Assembly: GCA_963722305.1 (NCBI GenBank)
Contig: CAVRKE010000002.1
Span: forward strand, 447,649 to 511,648
Direction of reading: 5' to 3'
From: Candidatus Levyibacteriota bacterium
GTDB lineage: Bacteria > Patescibacteriota > Microgenomatia > Levybacterales > UBA12049
Length of the DNA stretch: 64,000 nucleotides
The notes under the pieces were generated by a model, which saw nothing but the letters and a program-made list of their open reading frames with translations, made no database searches and was not told the DNA's origin. Each line of letters starts with the position of its first letter. The stretch's first letter is position 1. The translations under genes were made by a program, and so were the position numbers. Below are positions 8,517 to 17,418 of the stretch, piece by piece.

Positions 8517-8690
8517 AATCAGGATTTAATTGTAGTTTCTTTATTTCTTCCCACCTCTGCCTTAATTCCCCAATATAGATTAGATTCTGGAAGGATTCCA
8601 TTGCCTTTGCGGTTATAATAATCTCAGGACTGGGGAGCAAATTAGCCTCAATTATGATATAATCCTTCAACTATGGGTAGACGAGAAACG

Positions 8691-9930
8691 GATACCGTTG
8701 CAAAAACGGTCACCTGAATAGCCTCAAGAGTTCTCCAATTTCCTCAGGGTTTTGATACCGTTGCAAAAACGGTCACCTGAATAGCCTCAAGAGTTCTCCA
8801 ATTTCCTCAGGGTTTTTCATGGTCTGTTGAAGTGAAGATGTTCCATTTAACATTCTGAATTTAGCGGTACAATCGGTAAAGACTTTCAGTCTTCGTCTTA
8901 AGAAATATGCATTTAACCACATATCAGCGTGTTTAAATGATTCAAAACCTTTCAGCGGCTTTACTCTGGCTTCTAAGTGCGAGTTGTAACTTTCAATCAG
9001 ATTAGTAGTGGTGGGAATAGTTCTGTTATTCATGTAGGTGTTTAATTGCGGTAATCTCCTTTGCATGTCTAAAAGGATCGCAGAAAGTAATGAATCATGT
9101 TTGTAGGTATTATACAGTTTTGCGGCTAATGTGAGGAATTCATCTTCCGCTCTTTTGTGAGAGAACAAGTCTTCTATTCTCTGCATAAAAGGAAGATATG
9201 TTGTATCAGTTCTGACTCCAAGAGTTGTCCTGATATTCTCCTTGTAGTGATTATGGCAAAGTTGAGTAAGCACTTTAGGATATACTGACACACAGGCATC
9301 ATAGATATTGGCATTGTCATCAGAAACAATGGCCTGTAAAGGATAATTCAATAATCGTAAGGAGTTGAAAAACGTCCGGCAAGTTTGGTAGCTTTCAGAT
9401 TGGGAGAAAATATATGTTGGGATATCATGAGTAAGGTAATCAATCCCATACAAAACCGGAATCTTTCTTTCGTATCCCTTCACTTTAATATATTTTCCAT
9501 CAACCACTAATATCCCACAGAACTTACTGCAGTATTTTCTTGTTACGTCTGCTAAATGAGGGAGCTCTCCTAATTCCTTAAGGCAGCGTCTGTAGGCAGT
9601 AGATGGGTCAATTTGGTAGGTTTTTCCTAAGGAGCGGAAAGATACTCCGGTCAGATGAGCAAACAGCAATTTTCCAGTGGAGTTTTTCTTTATCCTATTT
9701 ATCTGAAACCATTTATTACACTTTCTACAAACATATTTAATTTTTCCTCTTCTTACTCCTTTACGGATAGTATTTTGGCTTTCGCAGTGGGGACATCTGT
9801 AAGATGCTGTTTTTTTTCACTCAAGGAGTATATCATCAACAAAGACAATTCTCACTGAGTGGAATTACTGCTTTTGTTTGTTAGAACAATCTAAATACCC
9901 TCTTTCAGGTGACCAAAATGCAACGGTCTC
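8691..9930 (-). mobile_element. IS1595/IS1-like insertion sequence. 27-bp imperfect terminal inverted repeats GA(T/G)ACCGTTGCA(AAAAC/TTTTG)GTCACCTGA and a 9-bp target-site duplication CGAGAAACG.
   Basis: The TSD CGAGAAACG sits at 8682-8690 and 9931-9939. Inverted repeats at 8691-8717 and 9904-9930. The left end is tandemly duplicated as two 63-bp units (8691-8753 and 8754-8816). Single transposase ORF; its stop codon lies inside the inverted repeat. Confidence 0.7.
8773..9820 (-). CDS. DDE transposase with an N-terminal zinc-ribbon (IS1595-family / IS1-related).
   Basis: The track ORF (TTG start at 9669) extends in frame upstream to a GTG at about 9820. That adds VKKTASYRCPHCESQNTIRKGVRRGKIKYVCRKCNKWFQ (CxxC...CxxC zinc ribbon). 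DDE core: VVDGKYIKVKG...AIVSDDNANI...LIESYNSHLEARVKPLKGFESF. Confidence 0.65.
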
Positions 9931-9963
9931 CGAGAAACGATAACTAGCGCTCCTGTTCCTTCT

Positions 9964-10611
9964 TTGTTTGATCCTATTCCAAAAAAATTAATACCAGATG
10001 AGGAATGGATAAGATCAACTTTTGATGGCAGCATTGGTAACGATGGAATTACTATAATCTTAAATCCAATAACCGGTGCTCCAATTAGAACAATCTTTGT
10101 TGATCTTTTCGGTCAGGCGGGCAAAATAGCTTACGAACCATTACAAAGAGCCAAATGGGCTTCGCCTAACAGGGATATTCAGCCAGGAACGCCAGAGTAT
10201 GATAAACTGAATGCGATTGCGGAAGCTGTAAGAGAAAAATGGCTAGCATGGAGAGCTGTCAATCCAAGACACGGGCCGATGAGGGAATTTAGAGTTCCCC
10301 ATTCTCCGAAACTACCCAGATTAGTTCTAATTGAGCCAGAAATCCTGCCTGAAATAAGAAAGTCCCACAGGGATGAACATAAGAAAAAAGGAAAGGCCGT
10401 GGCATCAGTCAGCATGCCAAAGGCGGTAGGGAAAAATATTTTTGAAAGTGTGGTTGCCCCCCAAATGGGATACCCAAGCTATACCAGTCCTGCGCTTATT
10501 GAACAAACTGATAGAGAAAATGCAGCTATCTATAGAAAACTTGAATTAAGACGGGCAACAATGGCAAGAAAAAGAGAAAGAATAAGAGCTAAACAACAAA
10601 AACATCCTTGA
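9964..10611 (+). CDS. Hypothetical protein (215 aa) with a basic C-terminus. Separated from its upstream promoter module by the IS1595-like insertion. Its 3' end forms the left target flank of IS110-A.
   Basis: ORF with higher GC than its surroundings. TTG start in the track, so the true start is uncertain. Confidence 0.35.
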   Translation: MFDPIPKKLIPDEEWIRSTFDGSIGNDGITIILNPITGAPIRTIFVDLFGQAGKIAYEPLQRAKWASPNRDIQPGTPEYDKLNAIAEAVREKWLAWRAVNPRHGPMREFRVPHSPKLPRLVLIEPEILPEIRKSHRDEHKKKGKAVASVSMPKAVGKNIFESVVAPQMGYPSYTSPALIEQTDRENAAIYRKLELRRATMARKRERIRAKQQKHP

Positions 10612-10618
10612 AATAAGT

Positions 10619-10724
10619 TTGTATCATTCCCCTAGAGAAAGGTATACTGAAAACGGAGAGCCAGCGAAAATAGGTTTCGGGATAGTATTTTTACTATGCC
10701 CACTGTTAGAGCAACTGGTCTTCC
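10619..10724 (+). ncRNA. Candidate bridge/seek RNA of IS110-A, 5' part (interrupted by IS3 at 10725).
   Basis: Contains CGAAAATAGGTT (compare the left target flank GAAATAAGT^T) and CTGTTAGAGC (GTTAGA is the reverse complement of the right target flank TCTAAC). Position and length match IS110-type left-end ncRNAs. Confidence 0.4.
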
Positions 10725-10778
10725 TATAATGGACCCCATAATCTGCACAGTCACCTTAGACTAAGATAGAATAGTTCT

Positions 10779-11075
10779 ATGGATCAAAAAATACGCAGAA
10801 TTCATCCACCGGCATTTAAAGCCAGAGTTGCTCTGGAGGCAATTAAGGAACAAAAAACAATTGCGGAGCTGTCAAGTATGTACGGTGTACATTCAACCCA
10901 AATAACGAAATGGAAACGCCGGGCGTTGGAGATTCTCTCGCAAGGGTTTTCAGAACATCTTATTCAACGGAAACGGGATGACCGTGAGCTGGTACAGGAA
11001 TTGTATCGGCAAATAGGAAGATTAAAAGTCGAAGTAGACTTTCTTAAAAAAAAGATGGGCATCTTCGACGAGTAG
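10779..11075 (+). CDS. IS3-family transposase OrfA (HTH plus leucine zipper).
   Basis: 98 aa: ...FKARVALEAIKEQKTIAELSSMYGVHSTQITKWKRR...LKVEVDFLKKKMGIF. Slippery TTAAAAAAAAG at about 11045-11055 near its 3' end. Confidence 0.85.
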   Translation: MDQKIRRIHPPAFKARVALEAIKEQKTIAELSSMYGVHSTQITKWKRRALEILSQGFSEHLIQRKRDDRELVQELYRQIGRLKVEVDFLKKKMGIFDE

Positions 11076-11178
11076 GGATATCCTTACTCCCGGAGAAATT
11101 GCTCTGCACATTAACAAAACAGAAAGCGTATTACCAAAGAGTATACGGGCTGATCTTCTGGATATTTCCAGATCAAGT

Positions 11179-11916
11179 TTGTACTATCAGCCAAGACCGG
11201 TTAAACCCGAGGCACTCATTTTAATGAACAGAATTGATGAGGTATATACTGCCCACCCTTTTTATGGTTCAAGACGTATGGCAAAAGAGGTTGGTGTTAA
11301 CAGAAAACAGGCACAACGCCTGATGCGTGAAATGGGCTATGAGGCATTGTATCCGAAGCCTAATTTGAGTAAACCCGATAAACAACACATGTTCTATCCG
11401 TATTTACTCAAAGGAGTAGTTGCAGGATATCCAAATCATATCTGGGGCACAGATATTACGTATATTCGGATGAAACATGGGTTTGTATATTTAACTGCCT
11501 TTCTTGATTGGTTTACCAGATTTGTTGTTTCCTGGAAGCTCTCAATTACCCTTGAAACAGACTTTTGTTTTGATGCTGCAACTGAAGCAATTGAGAAATT
11601 CGGAAGACCAACCATTATTAATGAAGATCAGGGATCACAAAATACCGATCATCTGATGACAGATCTCTGGGAAAATCACAATGTCAAAATCAGCATGGAC
11701 TCACGGGGACGGGCACTGGACAATATCTTCACCGAGAGGTTATGGAGGAGTGTTAAATATGAAGAGGTATACTTAAAAGAATACGCTACTGTTTTGGAAG
11801 CAAAAGAAAACATTGAAAACTATTTTTACTTTTACAATTATGAAAGAAAACACCAATCGCTTAATTACAGAACACCGGCTGAAATATATTTTGGAAAGGA
11901 GGAAAACTTAGTCTAA
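11179..11916 (+). CDS. IS3-family transposase OrfB (rve DDE integrase core). Expected to be expressed as an OrfAB fusion through a -1 frameshift.
   Basis: HIWGTDITYIRMKHGFVYLTAFLDWFTRFVVSW...INEDQGSQNTDH...ERLWRSVKYEEVY...YNYERKHQSLNYRTPAEIY (D,D,E triad with the K/R signature). Confidence 0.85.
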   Translation: MYYQPRPVKPEALILMNRIDEVYTAHPFYGSRRMAKEVGVNRKQAQRLMREMGYEALYPKPNLSKPDKQHMFYPYLLKGVVAGYPNHIWGTDITYIRMKHGFVYLTAFLDWFTRFVVSWKLSITLETDFCFDAATEAIEKFGRPTIINEDQGSQNTDHLMTDLWENHNVKISMDSRGRALDNIFTERLWRSVKYEEVYLKEYATVLEAKENIENYFYFYNYERKHQSLNYRTPAEIYFGKEENLV

Positions 11917-11956
11917 GTTTAGCCGTTTTACTGTGTTGACAATGGGGTCCACCTTA

Positions 11957-12108
11957 TCCCGGTAAGTAGAAAGCGATCTATTCCTGGTTGTGCTTGAAGG
12001 CACACATAACCAACAAGCATATCGTAGTACTTCCTAAGGCAAGACTTTTAAGCTCTCCTTTTCTTTCTTCTCTTTCTCTTCTTTCTTTAAGGCTTAAAAG
12101 AAAAGGAG
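11957..12108 (+). ncRNA. Candidate bridge/seek RNA of IS110-A, 3' part, together with an RBS-sequestering hairpin upstream of the transposase start.
   Basis: Contains GCGATCTATTCCTGGTTG (it mirrors the element's own right end GATTCCTGGTC). The hairpin CTCCTTTTCTTT...AAAGAAAAGGAG overlaps the AGGAGG Shine-Dalgarno. Confidence 0.4.
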
Positions 12109-13056
12109 GTGATGAAAATGATAGTTGTAGGCGTAGATGTCTCAAAAGACACCCTTGTTGCTGTGGCAATTGATAAATCAATACGAATAAAGCATTCATT
12201 TACCGTTAAGAATAACAAGGAAAGTATCGATAAGTGGTTAAATGCTCTTCCGTACAAAAAGATGCTGCTCTCTTGTGAGGCAACTGCCGAATACCACAGG
12301 GTACTTGCACTTTTGGCTCTTTCTTCTAAAATACCATTGAGGTTATTAAATCCCATTGTGACTAAGCAATATACCAAAGCAACTGTTCGAAAGAGAAAAA
12401 CTGACCCTCAAGACGCATTAACCATTGCTAAGCTGGCTCTTGCCGGAGAAGGAAGGCTGATAAGTACCCAAACTTTTCACATTGCCAAAACCCATGAGAG
12501 AACCGCCATAAAGCTAACACACATGAAACAGCGTCTTTTACTAATACAACAGCACGTACAAGAGGTAGATCCGGATGATACAGCTTCTTTTGAGGAGTTG
12601 CAGGTCTGTATTGATACCATAGAACAGTCAATCAAAGCATTTAGGAAGAAAGCAGAAGAAGAGGTTGATTCAAAACTTGTTAAACTGCTTTGCTCTATAC
12701 CGGGAGTGGGAGAAACAATAGCAACGGTACTTCTTGCGGAAATCGGAGATATTAATCAGTTCAAATCAGATAAAGCCCTCGTTGCTTATGCGGGATTGGA
12801 TCCAAAGGTCAAACAATCAGGAGGAAGATTACACCATAATACCCATTTAACTAAAAGAGGCTCTCCTTACCTTAGACAGATGCTCTATACAGGAGCTTCT
12901 ATTGCACAACGGCATGATAAGAAACTTAAGGCGTATTACGAGAAGAAGAGAGCTGAGGGAAAGAGGTACAAAGAAGCAACCATTGCGGTATCAAGAAAAC
13001 TGCTCAATAGAGTATATGCAGTTTTAAAAAGGCAGACACCTTATATACCTGGATGA
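12109..13056 (+). CDS. IS110-family transposase (DEDD RuvC-like N-terminal domain plus C-terminal Tnp domain), element A.
   Basis: 315 aa: MIVVGVDVSKDT... (DEDD N-terminal domain) ...SIPGVGETIATVLLAEIGDINQF...GLDPKVKQSGG...HLTKRGSPYLR (IS110/IS1111 C-terminal signature). About 55% identical to the 13730-14677 protein. Confidence 0.85.
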   Translation: MMKMIVVGVDVSKDTLVAVAIDKSIRIKHSFTVKNNKESIDKWLNALPYKKMLLSCEATAEYHRVLALLALSSKIPLRLLNPIVTKQYTKATVRKRKTDPQDALTIAKLALAGEGRLISTQTFHIAKTHERTAIKLTHMKQRLLLIQQHVQEVDPDDTASFEELQVCIDTIEQSIKAFRKKAEEEVDSKLVKLLCSIPGVGETIATVLLAEIGDINQFKSDKALVAYAGLDPKVKQSGGRLHHNTHLTKRGSPYLRQMLYTGASIAQRHDKKLKAYYEKKRAEGKRYKEATIAVSRKLLNRVYAVLKRQTPYIPG

Positions 13057-13170
13057 GATACATCGGTAACACTTTGAGACCAGGGGTCTTGACAAAAGAT
13101 TCCTGGTCTCTAACGGCATCTATCTCTCGGAGCTGCGTAGCCTCAAAATTGCTTCTGATATAATCATATA

Positions 13171-13320
13171 ATGAAAAAACTTTTTACCTCAGAAAGAATA
13201 ATTGACTTTACTGCTTTAAACGATATTAAGAAAGATACGGAGATAACCGTTGATTATAATTACGGAAATCCAAAAGACAATAGTCCATTATGGTTTAAAG
13301 TGATTCCACCATCTAAGTAA
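13171..13320 (+). CDS. Short ORF (49 aa) that resembles the C-terminal end of a SET-domain protein (...TEITVDYNYG...). Possible gene remnant.
   Basis: Not in the ORF track because it is under 60 aa. Sits directly downstream of a promoter-module copy. Could be a fragment or spurious. Confidence 0.2.
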   Translation: MKKLFTSERIIDFTALNDIKKDTEITVDYNYGNPKDNSPLWFKVIPPSK

Positions 13321-13429
13321 AGTTTTATTGTCATATTTTGCCCCACTCGATAACTATCTTCAGAGATAGTATAATGTTAAGAATGAGAGGAGGTATAAGT
13401 AGATTTAATCAATAAGTCTATAAAACACT

Positions 13430-13627
13430 ATGAACGGAACAATTAAAACAAAAACAGATAGAGGGTTTGGATTTATTTCTCGTGAAGGAGAAGCAAAGGA
13501 TCTTTTTTTTCACTCGTCAGATTTAAGCGGTGTTACTTTCGATGAGCTCAAAGAAGGAGCAGCCGTTACGTTTGATGTTGTGGAAAATGAAAAGGGACCA
13601 AGGGCAAAAAACGTAAAACTTGCCTAA
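13430..13627 (+). CDS. Cold-shock protein (CspA family, S1-like OB fold).
   Basis: 65 aa: GTIKTKTDRGFGFISREGEAKDLFFHSSDL...FDVVENEKGPRAKNV (RNP1/RNP2 motifs). Confidence 0.85.
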   Translation: MNGTIKTKTDRGFGFISREGEAKDLFFHSSDLSGVTFDELKEGAAVTFDVVENEKGPRAKNVKLA

Positions 13628-13729
13628 TAAAATTTGCGAAGTAATATAAAGAGTCTTCAAAGCCGTCTTAAGTGCAAGTTAAACAGGTTCTAGACCTGGA
13701 ATCTTTTGTCAAGACCCCAGGCCCGAAAC

Positions 13730-14677
13730 TCATATTGCTTTGACAACGTAGGGCGTTTGTCTTTTCCACACAGCGTAAGTACGATAGAGTAGTTTTCTTG
13801 CAACAGCAACAGTTGCTTCTTTGTAAAACTTACCTTCGCCTCTTTTCTTCTCGTAATATGTTTTAAGTTCCATATCATATCGCTGTGCAATACTGGCTGC
13901 AAGAAAAACTGTTCGTCGTAAATACGGTGACCCCCTTTTAGTCAGATGAGTATTATGATGGAGTCCAATGCCACTTTGTTTTACCCTGGGATCAAGACCA
14001 CAAAAGGCAATTAAACAATCTCCACTGGGAAATCTGGTGATATCCCCAATTTCCGCAATTAATGTAGTTGCAATAGTTGTTCCGACACCGGGAATACTCA
14101 TTAACAGCGTGTGTAACTTTGCATCAACAGTTTTTTCCGCAAAACTCTTGAATACTTTTTGTGATTTTTGCAACTGCTGTTGACAGAGTTCTAACTGTTT
14201 TACCAATGATTCATCCATAGCAATCAACTGTAATTGTTGCTGCATTAGAATAAGCATCTGTTCCATTTGGTTAAGTTTTACTGCGGTACGTACAGCCGGT
14301 TTGCCTTGAGTAAACATGGTTTTTGTAAGTAATGTTCCTTCTCCTTGCCCAACAAGTTTTGCAACAACAAAGGCATCAGATAAATCAGTTTTTCTTTTTC
14401 TAACTGTTGCCCTAGTGAATTGTTTTGTCACTATTGGATTAAGTAAGCGAAAAGTTATCCCTCTATCCAAACAGGCAAAAGCAAGTATCTGATGATAATA
14501 TCCGGTTGCTTCGGAACCAATAACTATTCTTTTCCATTTCCCGGTAACTCTTTCCAAGAATTGTTCGATTGCGCCTTTGGTATTTTCTATGAAGAATTGT
14601 TCTTTGACACGAGATGACCGATCGATCCTAACGCCAACAAGACTATCTTTGGCCACATCGATACCAATAACTTGCAT
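13730..14677 (-). CDS. IS110-family transposase, element B.
   Basis: 315 aa: MQVIGIDVAKDS...SIPGVGTTIATTLIAEIGDITRF...GLDPRVKQSGIGLHHNTHLTKRGSPYLRR. Confidence 0.85.
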   Translation of the reverse strand: MQVIGIDVAKDSLVGVRIDRSSRVKEQFFIENTKGAIEQFLERVTGKWKRIVIGSEATGYYHQILAFACLDRGITFRLLNPIVTKQFTRATVRKRKTDLSDAFVVAKLVGQGEGTLLTKTMFTQGKPAVRTAVKLNQMEQMLILMQQQLQLIAMDESLVKQLELCQQQLQKSQKVFKSFAEKTVDAKLHTLLMSIPGVGTTIATTLIAEIGDITRFPSGDCLIAFCGLDPRVKQSGIGLHHNTHLTKRGSPYLRRTVFLAASIAQRYDMELKTYYEKKRGEGKFYKEATVAVARKLLYRTYAVWKRQTPYVVKAI

Positions 14678-14944
14678 AATTTTTCACCTCCTTCCTTTGC
14701 TCTTAATTAAAGAAGGAAGAGAAAGAGAAGGAAGAAATGGAGTTTGCCAAAAAGGTCTCCCGGTGATAATATATCGGTAGGCTTGTTTGTGATCAGCGGC
14801 TAAAACCCGCAACCTGGAATCGATCGCTTACATTATCGGGGAGACCAGATGCTAGAACGGTGAGCACTTTCTCAAGAAGTCTCAAACGTCGTCACGCTGG
14901 CTCTCCGATTTCTATTCTAATCCTTCCTTAAGGTAATGATACAA
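14678..14944 (-). ncRNA. Candidate bridge/seek guide RNA in the left end of IS110-B (267 nt, upstream of the transposase).
   Basis: In transposase orientation it contains GACGACGTT (identical to the left target flank GACGACGT^T), CCGTTCTAGC (GTTCTA is the reverse complement of the right target flank TAGAAC) and GATTCCAGGT (identical to the element's own right end). It ends in an RBS-occluding hairpin CTTCCTT...AAGGAAG. Plus-strand positions: 14885-14893, 14851-14858 and 14812-14821. Confidence 0.5.
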
Positions 14945-15121
14945 ACGTCGTCCCGATGAACACGTTACTCAGGACTTCGTTGCTGCTCAATATCAGGGGA
15001 GGCTCAAATCTCATGCGCCGCTTCAAAGAAGCTAGTCCTCTTGGAGGAGTGAAGAATAAGCCTCTTATTGAAAATTTTAGTTGCTATTTCTCCTAAAATA
15101 GATTATCGTTTATTTAATTAA

Positions 15122-17239
15122 ATGACCAGCGAGATAAATATAAAAAGGGTACTAATCAATATTTATAACTCTTCCCTATTCATTCCGATAATAGTTTTTA
15201 TAATTTCTTTTATCATATATGTAATTACTCTTGCTCCGATATATTTGCCTCCGGATGGTGCAGAATTTGCTCTTTGTATTCAGTCGGTAGGGATTTGTCA
15301 TCCGGCCGGTTTCTTTTTGTATGTCTTATTGGGGAAGTTGTTTACCATATTATTCCCTTACGGAACTTTAATTTATAAAGTCAATCTATTATCAGCCCTC
15401 TTTGCCTCTGGGACACTACTGTTCTCATACCTGTCTTTAATAAAAATAGGCGTAGATAAAAAACTGTCTTTCTTAGTCGTACTCGTCTACGCATTTAGTT
15501 CGGGCATGTGGGAATTTGCCAATAGCGCTGACGTGTTTACCTTCGGGGCATTTCTGTTGAGTTTAACCTTATATACTGTTATAAAGAATAAGTTTTATTT
15601 ATCCTTTCTTTTCTTAGGCATATTAACCTCACATTTTTCCAATAGTATTATTTTATTGCCTTTACTAATTTTATACTGGAAAAAATCGGATGGAAAATCT
15701 CTGAGATCACTTCTTCAAAGTTGTTTCGTATTTCTCATTGGCGTACTTTCTTTTGTCGGATTGTTATTCTTACGCATGCAACAACAGCCACTGGTTGATT
15801 GGGGTCACGTTACCACGCTAGGAGACCTTTATAATTACCTTACCAGACAAGAATTTGGAGGGGTTTTTTTAATCCAAACGCAACAATTAACGTTTAGCCT
15901 TTCAAACCTTTTCTTACAGGCGTGGGCGTATCTTGAAGCTGTGTTTATGCAATTTGGTTTCATTCTGCCGCTGATTGCTTTATATGTAATTTTTAAAAAC
16001 AAGCTCTATAAAAATACCAAAGTAATATTCTTCATCGTCTCTTTCATTTTTCTCGCAGGTATTAATATCTTTTCTCTGTCAAGTCTTAATCCCAACGTTA
16101 GTGTTAATTTCCAATTTGAAAAATTCTATCTTTCTTCATTCACCGTATTAATTCTTTTGCTTGGGATTGGTTTGGAGAACATAAAGGAGATTACAGCCCG
16201 CAAATATATAATACCAGGCCTTCTAGTTATTATTCTTCTGATTCAGCTATTGGTCAATTTCACTTCTCACAATTACAGTAATGATTATTTCTCACTACAG
16301 ATGGTCAATAGTTCGCTTTCCGAATTACCTGACAATGCAATTGCCATAACAGTTACAAATCAAAATTTTTTTGGGGCCTGGTATGAACAAATGAATGTTG
16401 TAAATAGATATAAGCATATAACACTCTTATACTTTCCAAACAGTGCAAATACCGATTATGCAAAATATCACCCTGAATTATTTTCTAATTCGGTGACTAC
16501 ACAACAAGCTCTTGCACAGAAAACAACTGACCCCACGTCTCAGGCTGTTTTAAATATTCTTGCCCACAACCCAAATAGACCTATTTTCATATGGCAAGGT
16601 GTGTACGAAAATGGCATGTTTCTTACAAATAGTCTATTTGCAAATATGCTTACACCCTATGGTTTGTGGTGGAGAGTAAGTAATTCCCCAACTAATAACT
16701 ATACTGCTATTAGAACTAGTGAACAGTTACTCACCGGTATTAATTATACGGATATTAATACTAACGACTTGGATGACGTTCAACGCATTGAAGATCTTCA
16801 AACCTATATCCAAGCGCTACAATCTACAAGTTTTGCATTGATAAGATTAGAAAAGTATGATGAGGCACTCAATTTGTTAAATATAGCCAGTGCCCTTAAT
16901 AACAATCCCAATCTACAAAAAGAGATAGCGGCTATAAATGGGATAAAAATGTTACAGCCACAGATGAAAGTATTTATACAACAGAGGGATGAAAATAGTC
17001 TTCTCCAATTAGCCTCGATGTATTATTCGGTACGAAATTTTAGTAAATGTATCGAAATTTTTAAAGACATAACAACATTTGATCAGCAAAATGCTCAAAT
17101 GTATAGCAATATTGCAACCATGTATGCGTTAGAAAATGATAAAAATAATGCACTTGATTATTATAATAAAGCACTGCAAATAGACCCTAACCTTAGTGGT
17201 GCGCTCTATGGAAAAAATAAAGTCGAGAGTGCAGAATAA
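15122..17239 (+). CDS. Large polytopic membrane protein with C-terminal TPR repeats. Glycosyltransferase-39/ArnT/PMT-like fold is possible.
   Basis: 705 aa. About 12 TM helices in the first 380 aa. TPR-like repeats at the C-terminus (YSNIATMYALENDKNNALDYYNKALQIDPN). Confidence 0.4.
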   Translation: MTSEINIKRVLINIYNSSLFIPIIVFIISFIIYVITLAPIYLPPDGAEFALCIQSVGICHPAGFFLYVLLGKLFTILFPYGTLIYKVNLLSALFASGTLLFSYLSLIKIGVDKKLSFLVVLVYAFSSGMWEFANSADVFTFGAFLLSLTLYTVIKNKFYLSFLFLGILTSHFSNSIILLPLLILYWKKSDGKSLRSLLQSCFVFLIGVLSFVGLLFLRMQQQPLVDWGHVTTLGDLYNYLTRQEFGGVFLIQTQQLTFSLSNLFLQAWAYLEAVFMQFGFILPLIALYVIFKNKLYKNTKVIFFIVSFIFLAGINIFSLSSLNPNVSVNFQFEKFYLSSFTVLILLLGIGLENIKEITARKYIIPGLLVIILLIQLLVNFTSHNYSNDYFSLQMVNSSLSELPDNAIAITVTNQNFFGAWYEQMNVVNRYKHITLLYFPNSANTDYAKYHPELFSNSVTTQQALAQKTTDPTSQAVLNILAHNPNRPIFIWQGVYENGMFLTNSLFANMLTPYGLWWRVSNSPTNNYTAIRTSEQLLTGINYTDINTNDLDDVQRIEDLQTYIQALQSTSFALIRLEKYDEALNLLNIASALNNNPNLQKEIAAINGIKMLQPQMKVFIQQRDENSLLQLASMYYSVRNFSKCIEIFKDITTFDQQNAQMYSNIATMYALENDKNNALDYYNKALQIDPNLSGALYGKNKVESAE

Positions 17240-17329
17240 GCTTTCTTTCTTCGGTTAATTGCAGTTGATAAAGTTTTATACGCCATTATTATTAGTATTA
17301 GGAAGAATAGAAAGAGTTTGAATTAAACC

Positions 17330-17413
17330 GGCTCTAACGTCCCTCTTTCGCTTCGCTCAGGACTATAGTATCAAGGGGAACTGCGTAGCCTCAAAAATAC
17401 ATCTGGTATAATT
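17330..17413 (+). promoter_or_regulatory. Promoter-module copy (GGCTCTAACGTCC...CTCAGGACT...GGGGAAC...GCCTC...TGGTATAAT) upstream of the aldo-keto reductase gene.
   Basis: An extended -10 TGGTATAAT lies 6 nt before the ATG at 17419. Shares all the blocks of the 7149-7201 module. Confidence 0.5.
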
Positions 17414-17418
17414 ACCTT

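Larger units (their letters stand above)
7648..8649 (+). repeat. Copy 2 of the 1,002-bp perfect direct repeat.
   Basis: Identical to 5267-6268. Confidence 0.9.
10725..11956 (+). mobile_element. IS3-family insertion sequence, copy A (1,232 bp, terminal inverted repeats TATAATGGACCCCAT... , 3-bp TSD TCC). Inserted into the left end of IS110-A.
   Basis: Flanked by TCC at 10722-10724 and 11957-11959. Identical to the inverted copy at 19380-20611. OrfA/OrfB organisation with an A6G slippery site. Confidence 0.8.
10619..13108 (+). mobile_element. IS110-family element A, about 1,255 bp net. Its non-coding left end is interrupted by IS3 copy A.
   Basis: Begins TTGTATCATT..., the same 10 nt as the start of IS110-B. 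It ends ...GATTCCTGGTC, followed by the flank TCTAACGGCATC..., which is the promoter-module sequence. The left end is homologous to the IS110-B left end (shared CGGAGAGCCAGCG, CTGGTCT(T/C)CC, GCGATC). Transposase at 12109-13056. Confidence 0.65.
13693..14944 (-). mobile_element. IS110-family element B, copy 2 (intact, 1,252 bp). Inserted at GGTTCTA^ACGTCGTC of a promoter-module copy.
   Basis: Flanks are ...AAACAGGTTCTA on one side and ACGTCGTCCCG... on the other. They rejoin to the module consensus without a TSD. The body is identical to the interrupted copy at 18592-21078. Confidence 0.8.

Noticed and set aside
8691-8816. Two tandem 63-bp repeats that could be mistaken for a mini CRISPR array.
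   Set aside because: Only two copies, with no unique spacers. The unit is the left inverted repeat plus the 3' end of the IS1595-like transposase, so it is a duplicated IS terminus.
11978-12377. Track ORFs 11978-12199 (-), 11988-12173 (+) and 12087-12377 (-) near the IS110-A left end.
   Set aside because: They overlap the non-coding left end and hairpin of IS110-A, or the 5' end of its transposase. Their Ser/Leu-rich low-complexity translations come from the CT-rich hairpin sequence.
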